From Minisyncoccia bacterium (GTDB lineage Bacteria; Patescibacteriota; Minisyncoccia; UBA6257; 2-01-FULL-56-20): DNA of 64,000 nt. How positions within the stretch are numbered: the stretch's first letter is position 1; each line of letters begins with the position of its first letter. A program made the translations under genes and the position numbers. Under the pieces are notes generated by a model. It saw nothing but the letters and a program-made list of their open reading frames with translations, did no database searches and had not been told where the DNA came from. The DNA lies in NCBI GenBank assembly GCA_050008535.1, contig JBEKML010000001.1, positions 66,246 to 130,245 of the forward strand. The letters are read 5' to 3'. Below, piece by piece: positions 38,063 through 48,429 of this stretch.

Positions 38063-39112
38063 ATGACACAAACTAAAAAGGAGGGCGAAAAGGAGGCAAA
38101 ACTGGCGAAAAAAGAGGAAAAAAGCAAGGACTTGGACGAGTTGCTTGCGTCACTCCAGGAGAAATTCGGCGAAGGGGCGATCATGAAGCTCGGCGAAGTG
38201 CACCGTGTGGACGTGGCGGTCGTGCCTACGGGCTCTTTCTCGCTCGACCTCGCACTCGGCGTCGGCGGCCTGCCGCGCGGCCGCGTTGTTGAGATCTATG
38301 GCCCGGAAGCAAGCGGAAAAACGACGTTGGCGCTGAATGTTGTGGCACAAGCCCAAAAACAAGGCGGCCGGTGCGCCTTTATTGATGCGGAACACGCAAT
38401 GGACCCCGAATACGCGGCGCGCCTCGGTGTCCGCGTGAACGATCTTTTGATCTCGCAGCCGGACAACGGCGAGGAGGCGCTCAATATTTTAGACAGCCTG
38501 GTGCGCTCAAAGATGATCTCCGTCGTTGTCGTGGATTCCGTGGCAGCCCTCACCCCGCGCGCGGAACTGGAAGGCGAAATGGGCGAGCAGCACATAGGAC
38601 GCCAAGCACGGATGATGGCGCAAGCCCTGCGGAAGCTCACGGCGATCGCGAGCCACAGCCAAACGCTCATTATTTTCATCAACCAGATCCGCATGAGAAT
38701 CGGCGTGATGTTCGGGAACCCGGAGACGACGCCGGGCGGGATGGCGCTCAAATTCGCCGCCTCGGTACGCATAGACATCCGCCGCATCGCCCAGGTGAAA
38801 AAGGGAGAAGCGGTCGTCGGCAACCGCGTAAAGGCGAAAGTGGTGAAAAACAAGGTGGCGGCGCCGTTCCGCACCGCGGAATTCGACATCATGTTCGGCG
38901 AAGGAATTTCTTATGAAAGCGACGTTTTGAACGCCGCCGTGAACCGCGGCGTCATCAAAAAGTCCGGCTCAAGCTTCACCTTCGAGGGCGAACGGCTCGG
39001 TACGGGCTTTGATAACGCGCGATTGAAATTGAAAGAAGATAAAAAACTGCTTGAGGCGATCAAAAAAGGAATTATGGAGGAGATAAAAAAGGAAGAATCG
39101 AAACTGCTGTAG
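38063..39112 (+). CDS. recA: Recombinase RecA
   Basis: [24 protein letters not shown]. Confidence 0.98.
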   Translation: MTQTKKEGEKEAKLAKKEEKSKDLDELLASLQEKFGEGAIMKLGEVHRVDVAVVPTGSFSLDLALGVGGLPRGRVVEIYGPEASGKTTLALNVVAQAQKQGGRCAFIDAEHAMDPEYAARLGVRVNDLLISQPDNGEEALNILDSLVRSKMISVVVVDSVAALTPRAELEGEMGEQHIGRQARMMAQALRKLTAIASHSQTLIIFINQIRMRIGVMFGNPETTPGGMALKFAASVRIDIRRIAQVKKGEAVVGNRVKAKVVKNKVAAPFRTAEFDIMFGEGISYESDVLNAAVNRGVIKKSGSSFTFEGERLGTGFDNARLKLKEDKKLLEAIKKGIMEEIKKEESKLL

Positions 39113-39118
39113 CCGCGC

Positions 39119-40120
39119 TTACGGCTGCAGCCGGTTCATCGCTGCCGCGAAGCCGGCCTGCGAGGTGCTCAAAATAAGATCGGTTTGGTACCAGCCATAG
39201 AGAAACGAGCCGGCCGTCCTCACTGCCGTGCCGCCGACCAAACCGTCCACAAAGCCGTTCGCGGGAAGCGCGCCGACATTCGTCAGGAAAAAATTAGGAA
39301 TGCTGGGCGATGACTCAAGTTTTGCGACGTCGCTCTTTAAAAAGAGCCAATTCTCGCCGGACTTGAGCGAAAGTATGTATGCCGGCGAGAAGCCGTTCTT
39401 GTCCTGATAAACGAAGAATGTCGCGTCGGGATTGAAATGCGCGGCAAGGAACTGCGGGTCAAGCACGGCTGCGCTCTCCTGCGCAAAAATATCCCCAACG
39501 GGGACGCCTTTGTGGTCGGCGGTCTGTACGACAATCTCGATGACCGCTGCATCCTTCTTCGCTTGCGCAAGAAGCGCCGAAATTTTTTGATCGAAGGTTT
39601 GAAGGTCGGCTGCATTGGACGCCATGCCGCCCGTCGAAGAGGTGGAGAGCGTAAGAACGAGCGTCTGATCGGCGGGTTTTTTGAAAAGTGAAATATGAAC
39701 GAATGGCGACGCCTGGGCGGGAAGAACCGTGGTCGACGGCTGGTTCCCTGCCGGCGCGGCAACCGGGACCTGCGCTCCGCCCTGCGCCGGCGCGGTGCCC
39801 GATTGCACCGGCTGCGCCGCGGGCGCGAAAAATATCCTGTACGCGAAATAACCAAGCAAACCAAGCATCGCCACTGCGGCGATAACGACAAGGGCCATCA
39901 CCATGCCGCTTTTCCTTTTATCCTGCACGGCGACCGGCTCCGGCGGATATTTCCCACGCGACAAGTTCGCTATTTTTACACTTTCAAACTGCGGCAGCCC
40001 GCCGCCGCTTTTTGCCATCGATTCCAGATCCGAGCGCATCGTCCGGACCTTCACTTCGGACGGCGGCGGGGGCGGCGAAGGCGCATCCCCGGGAAAACGA
40101 GTGTCCCTTACTTCATCCAT
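39119..40120 (-). CDS. Single-pass membrane hypothetical protein
   Basis: VRTMRSDL N-terminal motif, TM, Pro/Ala linker. Confidence 0.75.
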   Translation of the reverse strand: MDEVRDTRFPGDAPSPPPPPSEVKVRTMRSDLESMAKSGGGLPQFESVKIANLSRGKYPPEPVAVQDKRKSGMVMALVVIAAVAMLGLLGYFAYRIFFAPAAQPVQSGTAPAQGGAQVPVAAPAGNQPSTTVLPAQASPFVHISLFKKPADQTLVLTLSTSSTGGMASNAADLQTFDQKISALLAQAKKDAAVIEIVVQTADHKGVPVGDIFAQESAAVLDPQFLAAHFNPDATFFVYQDKNGFSPAYILSLKSGENWLFLKSDVAKLESSPSIPNFFLTNVGALPANGFVDGLVGGTAVRTAGSFLYGWYQTDLILSTSQAGFAAAMNRLQP

Positions 40121-40174
40121 TTGTTTTCATTTTACCACGAAATCAAAAAGTCTCCTTCGGCGCTCGCGGTTTTT

Positions 40175-42304
40175 TTACGATTGCAATTGCTTGATGGACA
40201 TCCGAATACGGCCGTCGTCGTCAACGCTTATGATCTTCGCGCGCACGAAATCGCCCACCTTCACCACGTCTTCTACGTTCTTCACGAAACCGCCGCTCTT
40301 CAATTCCGAAACGTGGACCATGCCGTCCTTGCCGCCGCCCAAGTCCACAATCGCCCCGAATTCCAATATCTTTACAACGTTTCCCTCAACGATCTCGCCC
40401 ACTTTGAATTCCCGTGCGATGCCCTTGATCTCCGCGACCGCCGCCTCTACCTTTGCGAGGTCAGTGCCCGAAACGAACACGCCGCCGTCGTCGTCAATAT
40501 CAATTCCCGCAAGCCCGTATTTCTCAATAAGGCCATTAATGACCTTGCCGCCCGGCCCGATCACCGCGCCGATCTTTTCCTTCGCGATCTTCAATTGCCG
40601 GATGGTAGGCACGAAGGGCGACAGTTTCTCGCGCGGCGCCGCGATCACGCCGTTCATAACGTTCAAGATCTCAAGCCGCGCCTTCCTGGCCTGCGCCATC
40701 GTCTTTTCGATAATTTCCACCGTGAGGCCATCCACTTTGATATCCATCTGTATGCCCGTCACGCCATCCGCCGTGCCGCCCACTTTGCAGTCCATATCGC
40801 CGTGATGATCCTCCGGTCCCTGGATGTCCGTAAGCACTTTATAATTGTTCACATCCTTCATCATCAGGCCCATCGCAATGCCCGCCGCCGGTTTTTTCAA
40901 AGGCACGCCCGCGTCCATCAGGGAAAGTGACGATGCGCATACTGTCGCCATAGAAGACGAACCGTTGGAGGACATGATCTCGGAAACCACGCGGATCGTG
41001 TAGGGAAATTCCTCTTTTGTCGGGATGAGCCGTTCCAGAGATTTCCGCGCAAGATTGCCGTGGCCGATCTCGCGCCTGCCCGGCCCGCGGAACGTGCCCA
41101 CCTCGCCAACCGAGAACGGCGGAAAGTTATAGTGCAGCATGAAGCGGCGCTTGGTCGTTGTCTCCATGGTTTCGATCATCTGCTCCGCACCGGGCGCCGC
41201 GAGCGTGGTCACCGCGAGCGCCTGGGTGTTCCCGCGCACAAAAAGCGCCGAGCCGTGCGTCCGCGAGAAGAGCGCCACCTCGCCATCCAGCGCGCGCAAT
41301 TCATCGAGCTTCCGCCCATCCGGCCTCCGCTCATTTGAAAGCGCCTCGCGGTGCACAATGTCGTTCACTGCTTCCTCAAAGAGGAATTCCGCCGCTTTCC
41401 AGTCCACCTCTTTTTTCTCCTTCCCCTCCGCAGCGCCCGCCTCGGATGACGTCTTCAAATGCATGAAAAACTCTGTTTTTAGCTCGCCGATCGCGTTCTG
41501 CTGCTCCATCTTGTTCGGACGGAAGACCGCCGTCTCCAATTTGTCTGCGAGGTACGCTCCGACCGCCGCTTTCAATTCTTCGTCCGGCTCCGAAATCTTT
41601 ATCTCCACTTTTTCTTTTCCGATCTCTTTTTTAATCTTTTCCTGAAACTCCACCAGGCGGTTGATCTCTTTCTGCGCCATCGTGAACCCCTGCACAATAT
41701 CTTTCTCCTGCGCATCCAGGCCGCCCAGCTCCAGCATGTTGATCCGGTCCTTCGTGCCGGAAACGAACGCATCGAACGCCGGCGGGTTCGCAACGATAAA
41801 AGAATTGTCCGGGTTGATCTTAAATTCATTTCCTACCTGCGCCACACGCACGCCGGCAACGGGCCCGTTCCATGGGATGTCGGAGATAAGGAGCGCCGTT
41901 GAAGCGCCCAAAAGCCCCACAAATTCCGGGTCGTTTTCTTCGTCAATCTGCAAAACCGTCACGACCACCTGGATCTCGCGCCGGATGCGGTCATTAAAGA
42001 GCGGCCGGATCGTGCGATCCACAAGCCGCCCCGCAAGGATCGCCTCTTCGGAGGAACGTCCCTCGCGGCGGATAAAACGGCTCCCGATGATCTTCCCTGC
42101 GGCATAAAATTTTTCCTCGTAATCAACTTTGAGCGGAAGATAATCGGTGGCGCTCTCCTTCCGTGCCATTACCGCCGTTGCCAATACGACGGTCTCGCCG
42201 TACTTCGCGATCACCGCGGCGTTCGCCTGTTCGGCGAGCGAGGAAACCTCAATGCTCAGCGTTTTCCCGGCAACGTCAACTGAAAATTGTTTTTTCTTTA
42301 ACAT
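40175..42304 (-). CDS. pnp: Polyribonucleotide nucleotidyltransferase
   Basis: RREIGHG, SNGSSSMA, KH and S1 domains. Confidence 0.97.
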   Translation of the reverse strand: MLKKKQFSVDVAGKTLSIEVSSLAEQANAAVIAKYGETVVLATAVMARKESATDYLPLKVDYEEKFYAAGKIIGSRFIRREGRSSEEAILAGRLVDRTIRPLFNDRIRREIQVVVTVLQIDEENDPEFVGLLGASTALLISDIPWNGPVAGVRVAQVGNEFKINPDNSFIVANPPAFDAFVSGTKDRINMLELGGLDAQEKDIVQGFTMAQKEINRLVEFQEKIKKEIGKEKVEIKISEPDEELKAAVGAYLADKLETAVFRPNKMEQQNAIGELKTEFFMHLKTSSEAGAAEGKEKKEVDWKAAEFLFEEAVNDIVHREALSNERRPDGRKLDELRALDGEVALFSRTHGSALFVRGNTQALAVTTLAAPGAEQMIETMETTTKRRFMLHYNFPPFSVGEVGTFRGPGRREIGHGNLARKSLERLIPTKEEFPYTIRVVSEIMSSNGSSSMATVCASSLSLMDAGVPLKKPAAGIAMGLMMKDVNNYKVLTDIQGPEDHHGDMDCKVGGTADGVTGIQMDIKVDGLTVEIIEKTMAQARKARLEILNVMNGVIAAPREKLSPFVPTIRQLKIAKEKIGAVIGPGGKVINGLIEKYGLAGIDIDDDGGVFVSGTDLAKVEAAVAEIKGIAREFKVGEIVEGNVVKILEFGAIVDLGGGKDGMVHVSELKSGGFVKNVEDVVKVGDFVRAKIISVDDDGRIRMSIKQLQS

Positions 42305-42344
42305 GTTTTTAACGATGGGGAGGGGTGTCCTTCCCCCGCCGCCC

Positions 42345-42953
42345 TTACGCGCGCAATTTCATGATCGCGCGCGGAACATCTTCAATGTTGATGAACCGGT
42401 CGGCGGCCTCTTGTATTTTTGATGATGCGCTGCGGCGGAAGGCGGCCACTTCTACGAGGCGGCCGGCTCCCCACTTGAGATAATCCACGAGGGGCAGGAA
42501 GTCGCCATCGCCCGTAACCAGTATGATCACGTCCAAAAACGAGGACATCCTGATGGCGTCCACGGCCATTCCGACGTCCCAATCCGCCTTTTTCATGCCC
42601 CCCGCGTAGATCTGGAGGTCCTTCATGCGAAGTTCAAGCCCCGCTTTTTCCAGCGCCTCAAAAAATGCCGCCTCAGAAGATAACGACTCCCCGTTTTCCT
42701 CAGCGTGAGGCCGCGCGAGCGTCCGCTTGGCCTCCGTTCCGCCGGAACGGCCCCCAAAGTGCTGGGGCTCCACGCCTTCGCTCTTCACCACGTACGCAAG
42801 GGCGCGGATGAGCTGCCGGTCGCCCACAAGATGTTTTATAAGTTCCGCGTAGTTCACGCGGCCGTGATAAAGGTTCTTTGCAGAATGGTAGAGGTTCTGC
42901 ACGTCAACAAAAATCCCAACTCGCTGGTTGGAATAGGTAGGGGCGCCTTTCAT
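42345..42953 (-). CDS. NYN (LabA/DUF88) PIN-like domain protein
   Basis: FVDVQN, KADWDV, TGDGDF. Confidence 0.9.
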   Translation of the reverse strand: MKGAPTYSNQRVGIFVDVQNLYHSAKNLYHGRVNYAELIKHLVGDRQLIRALAYVVKSEGVEPQHFGGRSGGTEAKRTLARPHAEENGESLSSEAAFFEALEKAGLELRMKDLQIYAGGMKKADWDVGMAVDAIRMSSFLDVIILVTGDGDFLPLVDYLKWGAGRLVEVAAFRRSASSKIQEAADRFINIEDVPRAIMKLRA

Positions 42954-43219
42954 TATCTTTTAAGGTCTAATTTTTTCACCAGCTTCCCGTATGCCGACGG
43001 TTCGTTTTTATGGAGGTATGTCAAAAGCTTCCGCCGCTTGGACACCATCTTCAAAAGCCCGCGCCGCGAGTGGTTGTCTTTCGGATTTTTTTTCAGGTGC
43101 GCCGCGAGTTCGTCAATCTGCCGCGAAACTATGGCGATCTGCACGTCAGCCGAGCCCGTATCCTTTTCGTGCTTCTTATTTTCCCCGATAATGCGGGATT
43201 TAACGCGTTTAGTTAACAT
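42953..43219 (-). CDS. rpsO: 30S ribosomal protein S15
   Basis: DTGSADVQIA, KDNHSRRGLLKMVSKRRKLL. Confidence 0.97.
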   Translation of the reverse strand: MLTKRVKSRIIGENKKHEKDTGSADVQIAIVSRQIDELAAHLKKNPKDNHSRRGLLKMVSKRRKLLTYLHKNEPSAYGKLVKKLDLKR

Positions 43220-43563
43220 TATTTTAACTATATCTCAATTTGAGAATTCTTGCAAGAACAGAAGGAATTATAAAATGGATCACGGCGACCTCTATAAGAG
43301 AATCGCCGTGGATATTTCGAGGGGTTGGTGGCGCGAAGATGGGGGTCCAACAAGGAACCGACCTCGGCCCCGATTGCGCTTACTGCAGGGCAGGACGCAC
43401 GGGACACCTACGGTCCCCGCACCGCGCCATCTCGTATCGCGATCCGCCCGACGGCCACACTGGGCCTAGGAGCGAAAGCGCGCAAACCACCAACTCCCTC
43501 TTGTTGCGTTGTAGCATGCCTACAAAATCCTGCCAAGTGGTATTTTGCGACAGGTCAATTACA

Positions 43564-44475
43564 ATGAAAAACATGGCCGAGATCCAAACCCTGCTCCGTG
43601 ACTATCTGAACTATCTGGAGATAGAGAAAAATCGCTCGCCGAAGACACGGGAGAATTATGAGCACTATTTGAATGAATTTTTGAAATTTTCCAAGGCGAA
43701 ATCGCCGAGGGACATCACCGACGGCGTCGTACGGGAGTTCCGCCTTGCCCTCGCCCGCTCCGCCCCAAGCGGCAAGGGATCGCTCAAAAAGATCACGCAG
43801 AGTTATTACGTGATCGCAATCCGGAACTTCCTCAAATATTTGGCGAAACGCGACATAAAAACGCTTGCGGCGGAAAAAATAGAACTGCCCAAAACGCCGT
43901 CGCGGCAAATTGAAGTGCTTGAATACGGCGACCTGGAACGGCTCCTTGCTGCGCCGAAGAAACAGACGCTCCGCGACCTCCGCGACAAGGCGATCCTGGA
44001 AACATTTTTTTCTACCGGCCTCCGCCTTTCGGAACTGTGCGCCCTGAATCGCTACCTTGATCTCAAGCGCGGCGAGGTTTCCGTCCGCGGGAAGGGCGAT
44101 AAACTGCGCGTTGTCTTCATCGCCGATTCCGCGCGGGCGGCCATCCAAAAGTATCTCGCGAAGCGCAGCGATGCCGAGGAAGCGCTTTTTGTCAGTTTGG
44201 ATAAATCGGGAAAAGTAATCGGCCGCGTGACGCCGCGGGCGGTCCAACGCCTCGTGGCCTCCCGCGCACGCGAGGCCGGCATCGCAAAGCACGTGCACGC
44301 GCACCAACTCCGCCACAGCTTCGCAACCGACCTTTTGATGAACGGCGCCGATCTCCGCTCCGTCCAGGAACTCCTCGGCCATTCCAATATTGCGACAACG
44401 CAGGTCTATACCCACCTCACGAACAAAGCCCTCCGCGAAGTGCACCAGGCATTCCACGGGAGGAGAAGGAAATAG
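43564..44475 (+). CDS. XerC/XerD-family tyrosine recombinase
   Basis: TGLRLSEL, GKGDK, HQLRHSFAT, LLGH, TQVYTH. Confidence 0.92.
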   Translation: MKNMAEIQTLLRDYLNYLEIEKNRSPKTRENYEHYLNEFLKFSKAKSPRDITDGVVREFRLALARSAPSGKGSLKKITQSYYVIAIRNFLKYLAKRDIKTLAAEKIELPKTPSRQIEVLEYGDLERLLAAPKKQTLRDLRDKAILETFFSTGLRLSELCALNRYLDLKRGEVSVRGKGDKLRVVFIADSARAAIQKYLAKRSDAEEALFVSLDKSGKVIGRVTPRAVQRLVASRAREAGIAKHVHAHQLRHSFATDLLMNGADLRSVQELLGHSNIATTQVYTHLTNKALREVHQAFHGRRRK

Positions 44476-44556
44476 TGCTGGGGGCGGGACTTGAACCCGC
44501 AAGCCTTGCGGCGCCGGCTCCTAAAGCCGGTGCGTTTGCCATTTCGCCACCCCAGC
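44476..44556 (-). tRNA. tRNA-Leu(TAG)
   Basis: GCTGGGG/CCCCAGC acceptor stem, CCGGC-TTTAGGA-GCCGG, variable arm GCC-GCAA-GGC. Confidence 0.95.
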
Positions 44557-44696
44557 CGAAATAGATCCCTACCTACAGTACCGATTATATAGTATCAAGA
44601 ACTTCTTGAACTTGACAATATCATCTATATATGGTAAACTCTATCCACGCAGTCTTGACATCAATAAATAAGGGATAGGAAATAAGGAGACCGACA

Positions 44697-45683
44697 ATGA
44701 CATGGAACAGGTTTTTGCGGCTGACTGCCCGATGGGCAATCATCGCCATGATCGTCGTGATCGCCGCAACAATCGTCGCCTCGTTTGCCGTGATCGTCGC
44801 AAGATTGGCATGGCAAGCAAAGGAGGCGTTTCTGTTCGGGTTCATAGGGCTCACGATCGCCTACGTGGTGATCTTTGTCCTCTTCGCCGCGCTCGTGCGA
44901 TGGCTGTGGCCGATAGCAACACAACAGGAGAGGAGGCCCTCTTTCTGGACAGCGCTTCGGAATGAACTCCTGGCGCTTGGTCCGAACACCGAACACGCAG
45001 CGACCAACCCTCACAACAACCGCCGGTGGAGTTACTTGGCGATAATGATGGTAGTTACCCTCTTCATCGCCATTGCGAACCCTGGAGCCCCGCTCCTCAC
45101 GAGCGGACTCCGCCACTTGCCCGCGGACGTCATGGACGACACCGCGCGGCAGAAGGTGAACACCGGATGGGAATGGTTCCTTCATGGGAATACACCTGAC
45201 GCCACCAAGCTAAGTAGTTTGCCGTCATGGATCACAAACGACCCGCGATGGCGCGGCGCTCACAAAGAAGATAGCGAAGCGCTGCCACCGCGCGAGCCAA
45301 GTTGGTTCTGGTGGCATGCGTTCATGCTCTACGTGCTCGCGACGCTCATCTACTTCCCCATCGCTTTCTGGGACGAGTTCCGGGCAGGCGTAAACGGGGC
45401 GATCGCGGTATTCCACGAGCACCGCGAACGGCACGAAGGGCGACAACGAGAAGCCCACGCAGCGGCTGTCCGGGCTCAAGCCGCCGCCGCACAGGCACAA
45501 CCACGGGGTCGGCGAGGACAACAACCTCCGCCACCACCGCCAGCGCCCGCTCCAGCCCAAAGCTGGTGGCGAGAAGCCGGCCAGATTGCCCTTGTGGACA
45601 TGGGCATGGAGATGTTCTACAGGTTCGCGCATGAGTTCATTAACGCCTTGCGGACGAGGCAGGCGGGAGGAGCGGTGATATGA
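44697..45683 (+). CDS. Hypothetical multi-TM protein with Pro/Gln-rich tail
   Basis: AAGGAG SD, hydrophobic segments, QQPPPPPPAPAPA. Confidence 0.7.
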   Translation: MTWNRFLRLTARWAIIAMIVVIAATIVASFAVIVARLAWQAKEAFLFGFIGLTIAYVVIFVLFAALVRWLWPIATQQERRPSFWTALRNELLALGPNTEHAATNPHNNRRWSYLAIMMVVTLFIAIANPGAPLLTSGLRHLPADVMDDTARQKVNTGWEWFLHGNTPDATKLSSLPSWITNDPRWRGAHKEDSEALPPREPSWFWWHAFMLYVLATLIYFPIAFWDEFRAGVNGAIAVFHEHRERHEGRQREAHAAAVRAQAAAAQAQPRGRRGQQPPPPPPAPAPAQSWWREAGQIALVDMGMEMFYRFAHEFINALRTRQAGGAVI

Positions 45684-46609
45684 ACAACAGACTTCGACTT
45701 CGCAGCGCTCTATTGATCGCGCTGGTCACGGCAGTGCTCCTGAGGATCCTCACGCCACTGCCCGTCACAACAACCTTCGCTGCGCTTCTCTTTTTCTTCG
45801 TCCTTCAATTCATCGAAGAACGGTTTGGAACGGGAGTGCGCATCGCGACATCCTGGGGGAAGATCGCCGTCAGAACCACTGTGGCATTCGCGGCATTTGT
45901 CGCGCTGCGGTTTCTCCTGGGCCAGGTCCTCGGCGTTTACCCCGTAGATGCCCACACCGACTGGGGCGACTACGGCGGGTTCAACGGTATCTTCTGGGGC
46001 CACAAGGCTCCCGGGAGCATCGTCAACGAACTGGTGATCCTCGGCATCCTCGGTTGGATCATGTGGGGATACCTGCACAAGAAGAGGATGGCAAAGCTCG
46101 CCACCTACGCCCTTGTAGGGATAATCCTTCTTGGTGTTCTCTTCCCGCCATGGGCCTTAACCTGGTCCAAGACGCGCGATGAGATCGGCAAGTCCCTCGC
46201 CGAGAAGGGGGTGGCCGCCACCCTGGGCGCCGGTCTGACGCCGTCGTCGCAGGATCCGAAGAACTACCCCGGCTACGAGAGAAAGATCGTCGGGGCAGCG
46301 GACCTTGGACGTTCCGTCAATGGTCCCAGCGACATCACCACGGTGAAGCTGGAAACCGGCGGCTTCCACGGTCCGGTCCGCGTGGACCCTCGGATCAACA
46401 ACTTTGAGGTCGCCCACAGCCGTAATCCGGGGGATTGGATTTCCGTTTGGTGCGGCAACAGGACCGCGCCGAACAGGATCCACTCCACAAACGAGGAGTT
46501 CGGCACGAATGAATTCCGCTACTGCTATGACAGGGCGGGACTCACCACCGAGTTCTACGTTCAGGGTCACGGCGAAGTGACCGTCCGCACCTTGAGTTAC
46601 AATCGGTAA
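45680..46609 (+). CDS. Hypothetical membrane protein with C-terminal soluble domain
   Basis: GGAGG SD, ATGA overlap with the upstream stop. Confidence 0.7.
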   Translation: MNNRLRLRSALLIALVTAVLLRILTPLPVTTTFAALLFFFVLQFIEERFGTGVRIATSWGKIAVRTTVAFAAFVALRFLLGQVLGVYPVDAHTDWGDYGGFNGIFWGHKAPGSIVNELVILGILGWIMWGYLHKKRMAKLATYALVGIILLGVLFPPWALTWSKTRDEIGKSLAEKGVAATLGAGLTPSSQDPKNYPGYERKIVGAADLGRSVNGPSDITTVKLETGGFHGPVRVDPRINNFEVAHSRNPGDWISVWCGNRTAPNRIHSTNEEFGTNEFRYCYDRAGLTTEFYVQGHGEVTVRTLSYNR

Positions 46610-46631
46610 CGCGATGCGTTACCACTAGACC

Positions 46632-46665
46632 CCACCAGGCTCCGCGCAGCCTGGTGGTTTTTTTT
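46632..46665 (+). terminator. Intrinsic terminator
   Basis: CCACCAGGCT-CCGCGC-AGCCTGGTGG followed by a T-run. Confidence 0.8.
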
Positions 46666-46700
46666 TAAAAATGAGCGTGGGGAAATCCGACGCCCTCAAC

Positions 46701-46728
46701 CCAAAACGGCCCTCGCGGGCCGTTTTGG
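46701..46728 (-). terminator. Terminator after the pilin array
   Basis: CCAAAACGGCCC-TCGC-GGGCCGTTTTGG. Confidence 0.65.
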
Positions 46729-46760
46729 AAAACTACAGATTAAACCTGACAAACCAACCA

Positions 46761-47147
46761 CTAGCACGCACTGACGCCTCCGCCACCGATGAAGCTCGCT
46801 GCAATGAAGGGAATGCCCTTCGCGACGAGCGCGATGATCACGGCAATCGCGGCGTAGAGCAATGTGGCTCCTGCCGCTTTCACTTTCTCTGGATCGCCCG
46901 CCGCGGTCAGATACTTGAAGGCCGAAACGAGGACGAAAACGATCGCAGCGATGATAAGAAGGTAAAACAGCCAGTTGATGATCGTACAGAACAATCCGCC
47001 CGATCCCGTAAGCTGGGACACGCTCGTTACGGGCGATGCCGGCGCGGTTATGCCCGGTCCCTGGAATTGCGCCGACGCCATGAGCGGCAACGCAAGCGCC
47101 AAGACCGGAACACCAAATTCCTTCACGATTTCTTTAATCTTTCTCAT
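46761..47147 (-). CDS. CPR VirB2/TrbC-like pilin
   Basis: Signal peptide; TM-(YLTAAGDPEKVKAA)-TM. Confidence 0.85.
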   Translation of the reverse strand: MRKIKEIVKEFGVPVLALALPLMASAQFQGPGITAPASPVTSVSQLTGSGGLFCTIINWLFYLLIIAAIVFVLVSAFKYLTAAGDPEKVKAAGATLLYAAIAVIIALVAKGIPFIAASFIGGGGVSAC

Positions 47148-47222
47148 AAATGTATGGGTTTTTCGACCTTTCGATGATTGCCTACCTAGTATACTGCTTC
47201 CTAAAAAACAGCGCAAAACGGC

Positions 47223-47651
47223 CTAGACGCTAACGCTGCCACTGCCCCCACCGCCCCCACCGCCACCGGGGCAAATGGTGCCGCCGAACCCGCTGCCAAG
47301 AAAACTCGAAATAAGGAACGGAATTCCTTCCGCCACAAGAGCAACCACGACCGCAATCGTAGCATAGAGAAGGATCTTGTTCGCGGTACGGACATGCTCC
47401 GGATCACCAGCAGAGGTAGCATAGCGATACCCTCCGATCAAGAACATTATAATCGCGAAGACGATAAGCCCCCAAAAGATCCAATCAAGCGCGACGCAAA
47501 CAATGCTGCTGATGGTTTGCGTACTATCAAGCACGCCCGTAGGGATCTTGCCCGTAGGAGGTTCCTGCAGTGCTAACGCCACCGGCGCGAGCAAGGTCAT
47601 TCCCAGAGCCACCATACTTACTACTGCCCGAGAAGTAAAAAGTTTATTCAT
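47223..47651 (-). CDS. CPR VirB2/TrbC-like pilin
   Basis: GGYRYATSAGDPEHVRTA between two TMs. Confidence 0.85.
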   Translation of the reverse strand: MNKLFTSRAVVSMVALGMTLLAPVALALQEPPTGKIPTGVLDSTQTISSIVCVALDWIFWGLIVFAIIMFLIGGYRYATSAGDPEHVRTANKILLYATIAVVVALVAEGIPFLISSFLGSGFGGTICPGGGGGGGGSGSVSV

Positions 47652-47668
47652 GATTCCGCAATATTATG

Positions 47669-48058
47669 CTAACTACAGGCACTCAACTGGCCAGAGGAAA
47701 CCCCAAGAAAACTCCCGATCAGGATGGGGACCCCGCGCGCCGCAAGCGCGACGACCACCGCGATCGCGGCATAAGTGAGTGTCTTTGTCGCTTGACCGAC
47801 CTTTTCTGAACTACCACCCGATGTTGCATAAATATAACCGCCGACAAGGAACATTACAACCGCAAGCACCATAAGCCCCCAGAACATCCAATCAAGCGCC
47901 ACACAAAAAATCGCCACGACCTGGTCGCTGTTCGTGAGAATGTTCGTCGGCATGGTCGCGGCGCTCACGCTCCCTGCCGCAAAGAAAACGGTCAGAATCC
48001 CCGCGATGCCCGCGCCCGGGAAAGAACGTCCGTAAAGCAATTTTTTTATCGTTTTCAT
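47669..48058 (-). CDS. CPR VirB2/TrbC-like pilin
   Basis: GGYIYATSGGSSEKVGQA; close paralog of 47223-47651. Confidence 0.85.
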   Translation of the reverse strand: MKTIKKLLYGRSFPGAGIAGILTVFFAAGSVSAATMPTNILTNSDQVVAIFCVALDWMFWGLMVLAVVMFLVGGYIYATSGGSSEKVGQATKTLTYAAIAVVVALAARGVPILIGSFLGVSSGQLSACS

Positions 48059-48086
48059 GTTAATGCAATAATATCACGGAACGCCG

Positions 48087-48416
48087 TTAACTTGAACTGC
48101 CAAACAAGTTCTGGATGAGCGCCGCGACGCTTCCGGCAATAAGGACCACCGCGAATCCAATCACCGCGTAAAGGATCGTCTTTTTCCCTTTTGTAAATTT
48201 TTCCGGGTTCCCTGCCGCCATCATCATTTGGAAACCGCCAACAAGGACCAAGATACCGCACAGCGGAATTGCGATCGTGAAAAGAAAGTTCATGACGGCC
48301 GTCATGGGGCAGGTCAGATCATTGCAGCTGCCGAGAGGGTTCTGAAGTGTTGTGGGGTTTGACCCGGTTACCTGAGCGAAAACAGTTTTTATGCCGAGAA
48401 GAAGTGATTGAATCAT
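48087..48416 (-). CDS. CPR VirB2/TrbC-like pilin
   Basis: LQNPLG; GGFQMMMAAGNPEKFTKGKKTILYAVIG. Confidence 0.85.
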   Translation of the reverse strand: MIQSLLLGIKTVFAQVTGSNPTTLQNPLGSCNDLTCPMTAVMNFLFTIAIPLCGILVLVGGFQMMMAAGNPEKFTKGKKTILYAVIGFAVVLIAGSVAALIQNLFGSSS

Positions 48417-48429
48417 TTCTTTTATTCTA

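Noticed and set aside
43564-44556. Tyrosine recombinase next to tRNA-Leu as the integrase of a second island
   Set aside because: It looks like a housekeeping XerC/D, is flanked by rpsO/pnp, and I found no duplicated tRNA 3' end.
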